From the human T2T-CHM13v2.0 reference genome, Homo sapiens, in assembly GCF_009914755.1 (NCBI RefSeq), contig NC_060928.1: a stretch of DNA of 64,000 nucleotides; one strand, 5' to 3'. How positions within the stretch are numbered: position 1 is the stretch's first letter; each line of letters starts with the position of its first letter. Positions 1 through 14,137 of this stretch are shown in pieces. A program made the translations under genes and the position numbers. Under the pieces are notes generated by a model. That model was not told the DNA's origin and searched no databases. It saw nothing but the letters and a program-made list of their open reading frames with translations.

Positions 1-740
1 GTGATTCATGAAGACAGCTGTGTCTTTGCCACAAGGAACAGTGGCCATGCAGGCAGCTCCCTGTTTCTGCCTTTCTCTTAAACCTGCCATTCTACAATTT
101 TCTTTTCCCTTCTCAGATAAGCCCAGCATAGATCAGCAAATTGGCAGGGGCCCACCTAACTGTTCAACCAGAGATTGGAATGCCGTTCTCTACTTCTTGC
201 CAGCATGCCTGTCTCTATCAGAGCATACCCCTTCTTTGGTTTTCACTTGAGAGGGAGAAAGTTCTCACCACAAACTGCATCTCCACAACGCTGACGGACC
301 CCTCAACCCCCACATCTCTTCCCTCTACCCTCCCCAGCCCTTTCTGTAGATGCAGAAGGTTGTGGGTGGTGACTGTTGGGAGCAGGCCTAGCTCTTGACA
401 AGCTTTAGAGACTGTTTGGTCTCAATTGTTGACACTTCTCAGAATGTGGGGCTCTCAATCCTTCTTTGTCCTCAGCTTTGGTCCCTTGTGGTAAATTCCA
501 GGTAATACGAAAAAACCCCACTCTTTTTGCCAACTGACCACCACCCCCTCTCACCAGGACTATTACCGAAGACTCTGAAATGGTCTCTGTACTTGCAGTC
601 TTGCCCCCTCCTTTCTCCCTAGCGTGTGGTCCACTCTACACTTAGCAGCCAGAGAAGTCTTTTGGAAACACATCAGATTACACAACAGTCCAGACGGAAA
701 CTCTTCAGTGACTGCCCACTGCTGTTAAAATAAAATGCAG

Positions 741-1040
741 ACCAGGCACGGTGGCTGACATCTGTAATCCCAGTGTTTTGGGAGGCCAAGGGAGGAGGAT
801 TGCTGAGGCCAGGAGTTCAAGACCAGCCTGAGTAACATAGCGAGACCCCGTCTCTACAAAAAAGTTTAAAAATTAACTGGGTGCCGTGGTGCATGACTGT
901 AGTTCCAGCTACTGAGGAGGCTGAAGTGGGAGGATCACTTGGGTTCAGGAGTTCAAGACTCCAGTGAGCCATGACCACACCACTGCACTCCAGCTTGGGT
1001 GACAGAGCGAGACTCCGTCTCTAATAAATAAACTAAAATA
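741..1040 (+). mobile_element. AluJ-type SINE
   Basis: Dimeric Alu with old diagnostics (gaggccaggagttcaagacc, catagcgagacc, gggaggatcactt) and A-rich tail. Confidence 0.9.
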
Positions 1041-1266
1041 AAGTAAATTCCCAAATCGCCCAGTGTGATCTGGCCCCTGCCTGGTTCTCTGTCTCCATCA
1101 CACTCCACTTTCACTCATTCCTTAAGCTTCAGCCTCACAGGCTTTTTGTTGGTGGCTGTAATACACCGAGCTTTTGCTATTTCAGAGAATGTGCATCTGC
1201 AGTTCCTTCCGCTTGAAATGCCCTTTCACCAGACCCTCATGTCTGCTTCTTCGTTTCCGTTCCTAA

Positions 1267-2029
<763 letters not shown>

Positions 2030-2030
2030 T

Positions 2031-2156
2031 ATTTATTTATTTTTAATAGAGACAGGGTCTCTCTATGTTGTCACATTGGTCTCCAACTCCTGGATTCAAG
2101 CAGTCCTCCTGCCTCAGCCTCCCAAGGTGCTGGGATTATAGGAGTGAGTGCCCAGC
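2031..2156 (-). mobile_element. Free left Alu monomer (FLAM-like)
   Basis: Single left-arm unit 'gagacagggtct...cctcccaaggtgctgggattatagg'. Confidence 0.8.
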
Positions 2157-2736
2157 ACCTCCTTTTCTTTTTTATTTTCCTTGAAGCCCCCATCCCTTCT
2201 GGAATTATACTCCATCATTTATCAACATGTTTACTAGTTTTCACGTAAGTTCCTCTAGGACAGGAATTTTGTCTATCTTGTTCCTCACTCTACCCAGAAT
2301 CTAAAAATGTGTCTGGCACGTGGTGGGTTTTCAATAAACAGCGGTTGAATGAGTGGATGGATAGATTTATTCAGCAGTTGGCTCCAACTACTACGTGGCA
2401 GGCATTGTGTCAAATGATTACACAGACTAGGTACTGCCATTTCCATGTTTTAGGTGAAGAAGTTGACTTCAGACTGGAGTGACTTCTCCAAGCTCATACA
2501 GCTGTTCAGTAGAAAAAGGAACTGAAATTAGCTGCTGTGGACTCTGACTCTAGAGAACAGGCTGTTGCTACCATCAGCCTGGACGACTCATGGAGCACAG
2601 GGTGGAATACCAGAGCGTACAAAGTCATTCTCTCAGGTCCACCACACCTATGCCGAAAAATAAAATAAATAAAGGTCGGGGGCTGGAAATGTGCTAAGCA
2701 ATTTAACTGGCCACCGATTTTAAAGATTCATGCGAG

Positions 2737-3038
2737 GGCCAGGTGCAGTGGCTCATGCCTGTAATCCCAGCACTTTGGGAGGTTGAGGCAGGAGGATCGC
2801 TTGAATCCAGGAGATGGAGACTAGCCTGGGCAACACAGCAAGACCCTGTCTTGGCAAAAAAAAAAATTTAAAAATTAGCCTGGCATGGTGGTGCACACCT
2901 GTAGTCCCAGCTACTCTGGAGGCTGACGTGGAAGGATCACTTGAGCCTGGCAGGCGGAGGCTTCAGTGAGCTGTGATTGCGCCACCGCACTCCAGCCTGG
3001 GCGAGGGTGAGATGCTGTCTCTACAAAACATTTAAAAA
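2737..3038 (+). mobile_element. AluJ-type SINE
   Basis: Dimeric Alu with degenerate TSD (aaagattcat / aaagatttat). Confidence 0.9.
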
Positions 3039-4302
3039 GATTTATATTAAAACGCATTTAGATGTTTTGTTTCATGATGTGTAATGAAACATTTGTCCAG
3101 TTTAGATAAAGGACTTACTCTATCTACAGCGGCCTGTTCCTGGCCCCGCTCTCTGGATATGTCATCGCCCCCTCTGCTGGGTGTGCGAGGGCGGAGGGTG
3201 AGCAGTGCAGGGCCCTGCCCTCTGCCTGCCCAGGAGGCCACTGGCACTCTGCAGGGACACATGTATACTTGTCGCAGTTGTCCTGTACACATGCCCCAAC
3301 GTAGCAGCCCAGTTTGATTTATGTTATCCAATAAATCTTTAACTAAATCTTATTGAGGGAAACATTTACTGAAAAGTTAAAGTTTGAGCTTAGGAAATTA
3401 AGATCATATACATATTTTGTTCTTTTATAAGCCAATGAGATCAATTTAGAAAGCAACTCCTTCACCTGCTGAGTCTAATAAACATTAATTGAGAATCTTG
3501 TATCTGAGTCTTGTATCTGAGGCTTAGAGGTGTATGAAAATGAAGCAGGCAGAACCCTGGCCTTGTAGAAGTTGAATTTAATGGGATGATTTCATTTTCC
3601 AATGTCTTCAGAATAAAATCCAGACTCCCTAGCGTGTTGACCAAGTTGCTTCAGTGTCGGGTTGCCCGCGGCTCCACCCTAGAGATGACGCTCAGGACCC
3701 CAGGGCAATTCCACCAACCTGCCTTGCCATTCTGCCCCTCCCTGTGGATACCTCATTCCTCTGTCTGGGACCCCTCCAGCCAAGTCACTCCCGCTCGTGC
3801 CCTACGGTGCTGTCCAAGGTTCCTCTCCTCCAAGAAGGCCTCTCTGCCATGCCCTTCCTCACCGGGGCTAATCACTCTGTATGTTAGCTGACCAGCCACT
3901 TGCTGTCTTCCTGTGTCGCTGTGGACTAACTGGCGGGGCAGTGTCTTATTCTGTGTGTCTCCAGATCAGAGTGGGGACCTGGCGTGTGGTAAGTGTGCGA
4001 TGAGTGCTGTCGACTGAATGAGTGATGAGTGAACGAATGAACCGTGAGCTGGCACTTTACCTACTTCCTCCCCGTACTGCTTTCAGGGCAGCCCCAGAAA
4101 CCTGGTTCCAGCTGCAGAGGCCTGGTTTCTGAATCCTGAAACTGAGCAGTTGCTTGTATTTTGCACGTTCTTGGGACAACTCTGCCACCAATTTATCTCT
4201 ACAATGCCTAGAACCATTGCTAGATGTAATATGGTCATCAAACCAAACTTGGCGACTTTAAAAAATGGCTTTACGTCCCTAAAAAGCCTTTTAAATAGGA
4301 GG

Positions 4303-4596
<294 letters not shown>

Positions 4597-4618
4597 AAAA
4601 AGCCTTTTAAATAGGAGG

Positions 4619-4914
4619 TTTTGTTTTAATTTGAGACAGAGTCTTGCTTTGTCGCCCAGGCAGGAGTGCGGTGGCACAATCTCTGTTCACTGCAATCTCC
4701 ATTTCCCGGGTTCAAGACATCCTCCTGCCTCAGTCTCCTGAGTAGCTGGGATTACAGGCACGCACCACCACGCCTGGCTAATTTTTGTATTTTTAGTAGA
4801 GATGGGGTTTCACCATGTTGGCCAGGCTGGTCTCGAATGCCTGACCTCAAGTGATCCTCCCACCTTGGCCTCCTAAAGTGCTGGGATTACGAGTGTGAGC
4901 CACCATGCCTGGCC
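4619..4914 (-). mobile_element. AluSx/Sz-type SINE
   Basis: Has 'ggccaggctggtctcgaa...gacctcaagtgatcc'. Confidence 0.9.
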
Positions 4915-5329
4915 AAAGAGGAGTTTAATTCCACAGACTCTCAGATTGATCAGTAAGTGATATGAAGCAAGTGCAGGATCCCTGTGCTGATCCAAGGAGT
5001 GTGCCCCGAGCTGGCTGGTCTCCGGCAGGCTTCCCACGGAGGACAGGAACCTGAGCCTGTGTGTCCATGGCCCCATTTGTCCCTGACCCCAGGTTGTTTT
5101 ACAAAGCTGCTTGAAAGAGGGTCTCCAAAGGCCACTTAGAGGCCAGGAGACAAAGCATGAAAGAGCCTGGTATGTGGGGATGTGGAGTCATTGTGATAGA
5201 GCAGGACAGAGATGCAATTCCAGGAGATCATAGGAAATAAGGCGCACACATCAGAAGGAAGTGTAGATTTCAGTTGTGAGGATGCCCCGCTGTGTGTCCC
5301 ACGCAGCGCTGGATGCCTGTACCTCGTCA

Positions 5330-5490
5330 CATCAGTGAATCCTCACAGCCTCCTGTGAGACTGGATAATATTACCCTCCCCATGGTACAGCTGAGGAAGC
5401 AGCCTCAGAGACGTTATGTGATGTGCTTCAGGTCACACAGCTAATTAATTGTCAGAGCCATCACAGAAACGAAAGCCAGCTTGACTTCCG
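5330..5490 (-). mobile_element. MIR fragment
   Basis: 'acagctgaggaagcagcctcagagacgttatgtgat...ggtcacacagct' matches the MIR core in reverse. Confidence 0.65.
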
Positions 5491-6464
5491 AGTATGCATG
5501 CGTCCCTCCTCATGGTGTCTTCTCCAAGGATGTGATGGATACACACAGACCCAGAAGCTGAGGAGCAGAGCACGGGCTGCAGAGACACCCACACAGGACA
5601 GCCCAGTGGGGTCGCGTTCCCATGGCATATTGTCTCCAGGCGCTCTAGGGTCTTAAACTCAGCTGTGTGTGTAGGGCTGGGAGGGAGGCAGGCAGACTCC
5701 AACCATGTTATGTGCGTCACATTTCTATTATTCAGCCCTAGAATGGTTTTCTTTGTAATCTTATTAAAACTTGGACGTCTTAGATAAGGACCCATAAAAA
5801 AGTTTTCCCCAAAACATTTTTATGCTCGTCTTTTTTCCTTTTTCAGCCCATGAAAAAGCTGTTTTTGCCATATGAGTGCCTTCTGTTGTTTATGGAACAA
5901 ACTGCAAGGCTAAAGAACAATTTGGCACTGCTATATTTCTTTTAATGAGAAAAATATGATGCTATAAAGATTTATTGTAAAAAAATGTAGGATATTAGAA
6001 GGTGGGCATATTGATACCTGCAACTAAACATAGAGAAAAACAAAAACAGAGCCATCTCAGAGGCCCCATGATTGGGGTGATGTTATTTCATGGTATTCCA
6101 CCCTTACACACATTTGGGAATATTTTCTATGTAAAATTCACCTCAAAAAAATGAACAGTGCCTATCTTGGTAATAGATTGCTTGTCTCACAGAGTTAGAT
6201 TTTTGTCCCTTAGGATCTAGCCAAGGAGTGGAGATGTTTCCCTAAAATATTTCTTGTTCTATTTTTCCAGTGTAACAAAATGTTAGTTTCTGTGACTGCT
6301 ATCTATATTGTTTGAAAAGGGTTGTGTCTACATCAGCCACCAGTTCCAAAAGGTATATGTTTTTGTCACAGTTCCTTTGAGATCACAGATCCGCATGGTC
6401 GCGTGGGTAAATGCTTCATGCTTTGATCTCTTCTCTCTTTCCCTCTCTGAAAGTGGGCGTTGAA

Positions 6465-7020
6465 CCCTCACTCTGTGCTGGGCTTTGGGGAAATAGTACC
6501 CAGGGGATGCGCTCTCTGCCCTTAAAGAACTTACAGTGGGCTCAATTGAGGATACAGATGAATAAACAAGGACAACTTGAGTGACACTAGTGTAAATATG
6601 CTAAGGAAGTACATTAGGCCCAGGTGGTTGCTGTCCAAAGGTTTTCCATAAGGAAGAGCATCACAGCTGACAGCTGAAGGATGTGGAGGAGTTAACTAGG
6701 GGGAGAGGTAGACACAGTCCCAAGCCCAGGGTACAACATGCTCAGAGACCCAGAGGTGGGAGCGGGCATGGTGCCGTCTGGGAGCTGGGCTTATTGTCAT
6801 GAACACACTCTAGCTGCCTTCACTGATTGCTTCCGTGTGTTGCACACTTTATTAAGTGCCTCACTACATTGTCTCCCATCACCCTTGCCACAACCCTATG
6901 GGTTAGGTCTTTTAATCCCTACTTTTTAGCTGAAGAACCGAAGCCATTAAAAGTTAAGTAATTCTTCTAGGATGACGTAACAAGTGGAGTCCATAGTCAG
7001 GGCATGGACCTAGTCTGCTG
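6465..7020 (-). mobile_element. Degraded L2 fragment followed by MIR fragment
   Basis: L2-like 'ctctgtgctgggctttgggga...ctctgcccttaaagaacttacagt' and MIR-like 'acaaccctatgggttaggt...cctactttttagctgaagaaccgaagc'. Confidence 0.55.
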
Positions 7021-8987
7021 CCCATCTTCCTCCACTGCCCACGAGCATCTTTGAGGCGATTCAGCAGAGGGGATTCAAAACCAGCCTCCATCCAAACCAG
7101 ACTTGCTAACAGTGGCACCAGAAACGACAGCAGGTCCCTTATCAGAGTCCACATGGTTTTAGAAGCTGAGTGGGTAAAACAAACCTTCCATGCAGGAAAA
7201 TCTGGAGACCTTACGTGGAATTCACTTACAGTAAAGAGGGTGGAAGGATGCGTCTCTCTTCCTCTTTCTCTTTCTCCTGCTCTTTCTTCCTTTCTTGAGA
7301 TGTCAAAGTTGGCGAGACCTAATGAATTTGAACTGAAGAACAATGAAGCTTTCCACCTTTCAAAGGAATCCTGATACCTTTAACCAAAGAGCAAGAATGG
7401 TGCTGATTATCAGTGGTATTCTGGTACCCTCTGACCCTGGACAAAACAAAAGCATAGACAACGTTTGCCTTTGACTTTCGCCGTATCCTTTCTACTGTTC
7501 TCCAACACCTGGTAACCCGCTGCCTCCTCCACATGCTTTAAAGCGCCCACCCCGAGTCCCTTCCAAATTTTTTCTCCCTTTGGCCCTCCTCAATCAAAAC
7601 TCTCTTTCCCTGAGCCCTCAATTAATTAGATCTGATTATCTAATTAAACTAATTCGCACTGAGGTATGAATGAGGCTTAACCCTCCCAGGGGACATTTGC
7701 ATTTTAAAAGAGGAGCTTGTTAACCCAAATGCCTCGACAATGACAATTAGTGGCATGTGTGGGGAGATATATTTTGGGAGGTTGGGTCTTTCCTGCGCTC
7801 CCTGCGTCCTAGGCCATCACAGGCCCGGGTAAACTTCAGGATTTCCTCTACCAGGGAGTCGGAAGCATTGGAGTCAGCATCACAGATCCCTACCATCTGC
7901 GTCTCTGCCTTTGACAATTGGCTGAGTTAAAAAAAAAAATGTCATCGCTTAAGAAGAGGATTCCTACTAATACTGTGAAACTTCAGTCGTGGTTGTGAAG
8001 TGCTTTCTTTTCTTAGAATCAGCCTGCGAGATTCGTGAGGTGGAGGTCTAAGAATTCTGAGTGACACATTTTTAAGATTTCTAGATTGAAGATCTCCAGA
8101 CTGAAGATCTAGATCCCAGGTGGAAGATTCTAGGGCCACCCCACAGCAGCAACTGTGGCTGCCCTGAAACATTCAATGTTCACCCTGGTTTTTTTTCACC
8201 CTAAGTGTAAATCCCTAAACAGACTTTTTTTTTTTTAAGTGGGAAAGATAGAAGTATTTGTGTTCCAGCCTGGAATTGACATGGGGAAAAAGTTGACCAA
8301 AGTGAGAGCGTCTGGGTGAGAAGCAGCTCTGAAAGTCCTCATGGTCATGTCTTGCTGTGGCCTTCTCTGTGAAGAGATAGAAAGGCTGTTTTGTTTCCCA
8401 GTGCCTGTGAGCTAGAAGTGAAATAGTACATTCCAACAAGATCCAGATTAAGGAAAGGAACTGGGAATCCAACCAAAAGCTGCTGTACTACTGACCACGG
8501 CTTTGCATTTACCAAGAACGCCAAATGTTATCACTTCCCATCAATGGATATGGATCCCACGTATAGACACAAACTAAAAATGTGTGGGGTGTTCTTTTTC
8601 TGGGATATGACTCAGAAATCTTGAAAATAAGAATATGGACAAGCATAATGTATATGCCCATTGCCATTATCGATTGTTTTCTTAAAGCCCCTTGGTGCAA
8701 TGCCTATTTTTGCTATAATTTTGGGATGCTTATTCACACTTTTTACACCTTTTCTTATTTTTTGGTGCATTTAATGGCCCATAAAATGTTGAGTGGGTGG
8801 GGGCAGGGGCTACAGTTTGACATTTTGATAAAGAATTGGGATTTTCTGCTCTATTTTGAGTGATGGATTAAGAGGATTATTTTATGTGAATGCTAAATGA
8901 TTTTACATGCATTCATTCCTGTAATATTTAATATTTAAATTAATTAAATTTCCTGGAAAGATAAAAAGTGATACGTATTATTGATGA

Positions 8988-9360
<373 letters not shown>

Positions 9361-9744
9361 TGGTATATGTGCTTTTCTAGTCTTTATATTTTAAGATTCT
9401 AACCCTTGTAGCAAAAACAAATGTTAATACTGTAAAGCTTCAGAAAGCAGAGCTGAGATGCAAGAGCAAAACAAATAATATAAGGGGAAGCAGTAAAAAT
9501 TGTGATTAAACCTTTCATCCGATTATTTTTCATTTCAATGCTATTTGAGTTTTTATCTTAATGTTTTGCTTCATGGAAAAGATGAGTTTGACATCTGGAT
9601 AACGCATTCACAAGGGAAGACATAACTGTTTACCACGTATATTTTAGTTGTCAGGACCTAAAAGTTAAACAAGGAGAACTGACCAGATGGGAACAAACAA
9701 AATTAAGTTATAGTTAAGTGATTTGAGTTCATACCATTATTATT

Positions 9745-10051
<307 letters not shown>

Positions 10052-11639
10052 TAAGAAATTACCCATATACTATTTTATTTTACTCCAATATACTTGTTTC
10101 ACTATTAAAGACATGAAAACTCTTTTAGGATCTCTGATCAAAGTTGATCTTTCTTGATAACGATACAAAGTAAATCATAAGGGACTTTTTCTTTTCAATT
10201 GTACTTGAAGGCTATGGGTTACTTTTGTGGATCTGCAAGCTAGACATCATGAAAAAAACTTCCAAACCAGAGAGGTTTATAATCAGGGCAAGCCTTGATC
10301 TACCAAAAGATTTACTGGACGCTAATTGGCTGTAACTAGTGGAGTTTGTCAGATGAGCTGGGGACATTAAGGTTTCTAGATTGCATTGACTTGAAATCAA
10401 GCTCAGAGACCTCCTGTTTTGAAGCCATTACAGAAACGTGTTTAGCACTGCTGTGTATGCAAGAAGTCTGCATCTTTAGATTGCTGCCTTTGAGTATGAT
10501 GTCTTAATTTGTCTTTACCAAAATACTTCTAAATATTATCATGGGATTAAAACAAAAGAGCTCAATTTTTTTTTCTTCCTCAGGAGTTCTGGAAACAAAG
10601 ATCTGATTTTTTAAAACACAAATTGCTGGTGCTAATTTGCCCTTAGTTTTCTGGGCAATATTTCTTCATTTGTTTCTGATTTTGACAGCATGGCCTCCTG
10701 GAAAATAAAACATAGATTTCCATTGATTCGGAAGGGAAAGAAGATACTAGAACGAGAAGACATCGAGGCCATACACAAAGAAGGGAAGATAGAGATTATT
10801 CGCATCTTACACCATATTTTATAGTTAATCTCTTTAAACCTTTGTCTTCTTAGCTTTAAGATGCCAATAGTATTATTCACCTCCTTATGAGGAGTAAGTA
10901 AAATAGTTTATGGAGAACAGCAGCACCATGCCTGGCTACAGTCCTTTCTGCTCTCCCTCTCCAGGTGGAGAACTCAAATTCCCATCATATAACTGGGGCC
11001 ACAGCTGAAAGCCAAGTCATGTTTATCAGAGACTGGTTCTGATTATTCCAGGATTCACTATGCAGGTGACACTGTCACTTGCATAGTTGAAAAACAGTAG
11101 AATATTGGCAGTTTCCTATGGTCCACCCAATACTGAAATAAATAATTTATACAATTATTCAGATAATATGGATAAGTTCTTTTTCTGAATTGTCTTGATC
11201 TTTGAAGTAGGAAGGTGCTGCTTTTTGAATGGATTATTTTATTTCTGTACTTCCATTCCTCAATACAGGATGAAAATAGTAATTCACCATCCTGTGGTTT
11301 CAGATTTCGTCTTCATTACTTCTTGGATGGAAGACTAAAAGCGTCCCCTGATCCTCAGTGTCCCAGGCTCCCAAGCTGCCTTACGTCAGACACACCAGCA
11401 TGTGAATTTCCAGGACCATGTATTAACCCTATACTAAGAATAGCTCCTGTAGTGTGGAAGCTCCCCATTTGTGTTTTTCACGGTCTTTTAGATGACAAGT
11501 CTAGATAGGGTAGATGGCCTCATTAGCTGTTATTTATTGTGTGATACAAGTGGAGTATAGAACAGGCTACCGGGCAGCCAGGTGGATAGCCAGGATCCAA
11601 GCATAGCTCAGTTCCTCTGTCCCAGGCCTGGGCCTCAGT

Positions 11640-12110
11640 GAAGTTCGAGTGACTCATTTCCTCTCTCTGCCTCTGTTACTCCTTCCCATTCACACTCATG
11701 GACTTTCTCAGGCCTCTCCTCTGCCCCATAGCCTGCGCTGCTCCCACACGAGGCCTGTGCTGCGGCTTCTGCCCAGGCACCTTGGTCACTCACTGCACTT
11801 CCTCGGAGCCTGTACCCAGGGGTGCATCTTACGTTGAACGTCACCTCCTTCAGAGAGCATCATCCCCATCCCGGCACATGTACTCATCTCACTGTTCTAC
11901 ATTTTAGGAACCTGATGTCTTCATAGCACCTGTCGCCACTTATAATTAATTATTTGTATTTGATTATTTATTTTGTTGTCTGTTTCCCCCACTGAACTAA
12001 AAGCTGCATGAAACCAGCGTATCTCTGTTCCCCACCCTTCCAGCCCTAGCACCTCGTGCAGTGCCAGCCATATCCTAGTCCCTGAGAAATAGTTGTTGGA
12101 TAAAGAAATA
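11640..12110 (+). mobile_element. Degraded L2 3' fragment
   Basis: L2 terminus-like 'ccagccctagcacctcgtgcagtgccagccat...aaatagttgttggata'. Confidence 0.6.
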
Positions 12111-12484
12111 TAGAAATGAGGTGGAAACGCCTCAGAAGGGCCTGTGATGCCATGGCAGACACTCCAAGCTCCTCAGAGTAGATTCTCTTCTCAAATACAA
12201 AGAGTTGAACTGTTAGTCTGGATGCCCCACCTACAGTGGGGAACTTTGTTGTTAAAAGGAAATGGATTGTAAGCAGAAAGGAAACTTTCAGTGAAACATT
12301 ACATAAAAATGGACCTCAGATTGAAAGACTTAAAGATTGTTTGGGAAAGTGCAGTCTTGGAATTAAATAACAAGGTAGAAAAGCATATATGGGAATCAAG
12401 TACTTGAAAGGAAGAACTATATCAAAGTGAAGATTGGAGAAAATGACACTCAACAATTGAAGCACATTAAAAAAGAGGTAATGG

Positions 12485-12777
12485 GATCGGGCATGGTGGC
12501 TTATGCCTGTAATCCCAGCACTTTGAGAAGCCGAGGCAGGTGGATCACCTGAGGTCTGGAGTTTGAGACCAGCCTGGCCAATATGGTGAAACCCCATCTC
12601 TACCAAAAATATAAAAATTAGCCGGGCGTGATGGCGCCCACCTGTAATCCCGGCTACTCGGGAGGCTGAGGTGGGAGGATGGCTTGAACCTCGCTTGAAC
12701 CCAGGAGGCAGAGGTTGCAGTGAGCTGAGATCACACCACTGCATTCCAGGCTTGGGCAACAGAGCAAGACTCCTTCT

Positions 12778-12830
<53 letters not shown>
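12485..12830 (+). mobile_element. AluSx-type SINE with A52 tail
   Basis: Full dimer. TSD aaaaagaggtaatgg on both sides. Pure A run at 12779-12830. Confidence 0.93.
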
Positions 12831-12834
<4 letters not shown>

Positions 12835-13725
12835 TAATGGACTGGCCACTGCAGATTGAGAAATGAAGCTTCTCAGTCACTCAGAGGTAGGAGAGTTGTG
12901 AAACCACTGGCTGGGGCTTACTGAGGACTGAAAGAATAATGGGGCATTAAAAACACCAGATTATCTAATAATCTGTAACAAATTCTCAATTGCACTAGTT
13001 TCTCCTAGTATTATTAACATCCACTTTGTTGAAAAATGAAAAACAGATTCAAGCAGGGGCATGCGTACATCTCTTTGTAAAACTAGATTTATAATTCAAA
13101 GAGTCTTTTTGATTGGCCACTTTCTGAAATGCTAAAGTAAGACTTTACAAACAACTCTTACAATTTCATTGAATCAATATGGAGCAAGTGGGGAAAGGAA
13201 AAGGAAGCCTGTGCTCCTCTAATGGAAGAATATAGATTCGGAAATTATTTCATAGTACAAGATAAGGAAAGAATAAAAATGTTTTTAAAGGCAAAACAGA
13301 AGGTGCCACAGAATGAATGCTGCTTATCTTTGCTCATGTTACACAGGAAGGTTGACATTTTAGTGTGCATCAAGGTCACAGAAATTAGGAAGGAACACTG
13401 TCTTTGAGAAATCTCTAAATTACAGATCTTAGAGTTAGCAGGCACCTCAGGATAATTTGGACCAACCCTTTACTTCCAGAAAGTCAAGGTGTTATTATCC
13501 CCCATTGTAGAGATGGGACAAGTAAGTTAAATTACCTGCTGAGGTCAGGTGATTGAAAAGTGACTGATGGCGGAGGATGCCAAGGACGGGGGAGGGAGGG
13601 AAGGGTTAGGAAAATCCAGGCCCCAGTGTGCTATTAGGATGTGCCTTCCATTACAGCACGAGCAGGGTGATTATTTCCCATTTTGATATGAACAGAAGAA
13701 AAGACCTGCTGTATTCAAGTAGATC

Positions 13726-14025
13726 TTTTTTTTTTTTTTTCCTTTTGAGATGGAGTCCCACTCTGTCGCCCAGGCTGGAGTGCAGTGGCGCAATCTTGGC
13801 TTAATGCGGCCTCTGCCTCCTGGGTTCAAGCGATTCTCGTGCCTCAGCCTCTAGAGTAGCTGGGATTACAGGTGTTCACAGCCACGCCTGGCTAATTTCT
13901 GTATTTTTAGTAGAGACGAGGTTTCACCATGTTGGCAAGGCTGGTCTTGAATTCCTGACCTCAAGTGCACAAGGCCTCTGCCTCCCAAAGTGCTTGGATT
14001 ACAGGCGTGAGCCACCACGCCCAGC
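13726..14025 (-). mobile_element. AluSx/Sz-type SINE
   Basis: Full dimer. TSD tcaagtagat at 13715-13724 and 14026-14035. Confidence 0.92.
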
Positions 14026-14063
14026 TCAAGTAGATAATTATTTATGAGAATCGTTTTCTTCAT

Positions 14064-14137
14064 GAAAGAAGCAAGGGAAGAAGAAGGAAAGGAAACAGAA
14101 AGAAAGGAAGGAAGGGAAGGAGGGAGGGAGGGAGGGA
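14064..14137. repeat. Purine-rich low-complexity (GGAA/GGGA)n tract
   Basis: 'gaaaggaaggaagggaaggagggagggagggaggga'. Confidence 0.85.

Noticed and set aside
3163-3182. CTCF-like motif (reverse CCAGCAGAGGGGGCG)
   Set aside because: Mismatch at a core position in either register. Not supportable without ChIP data.
6954-7374. Overlapping 129-aa (-) and 107-aa (+) ORFs
   Set aside because: No homology or exon signals that I can support.
8076-8111. Short direct repeat agattgaagatct / agactgaagatct
   Set aside because: Only two imperfect 13-bp copies. Likely local slippage.
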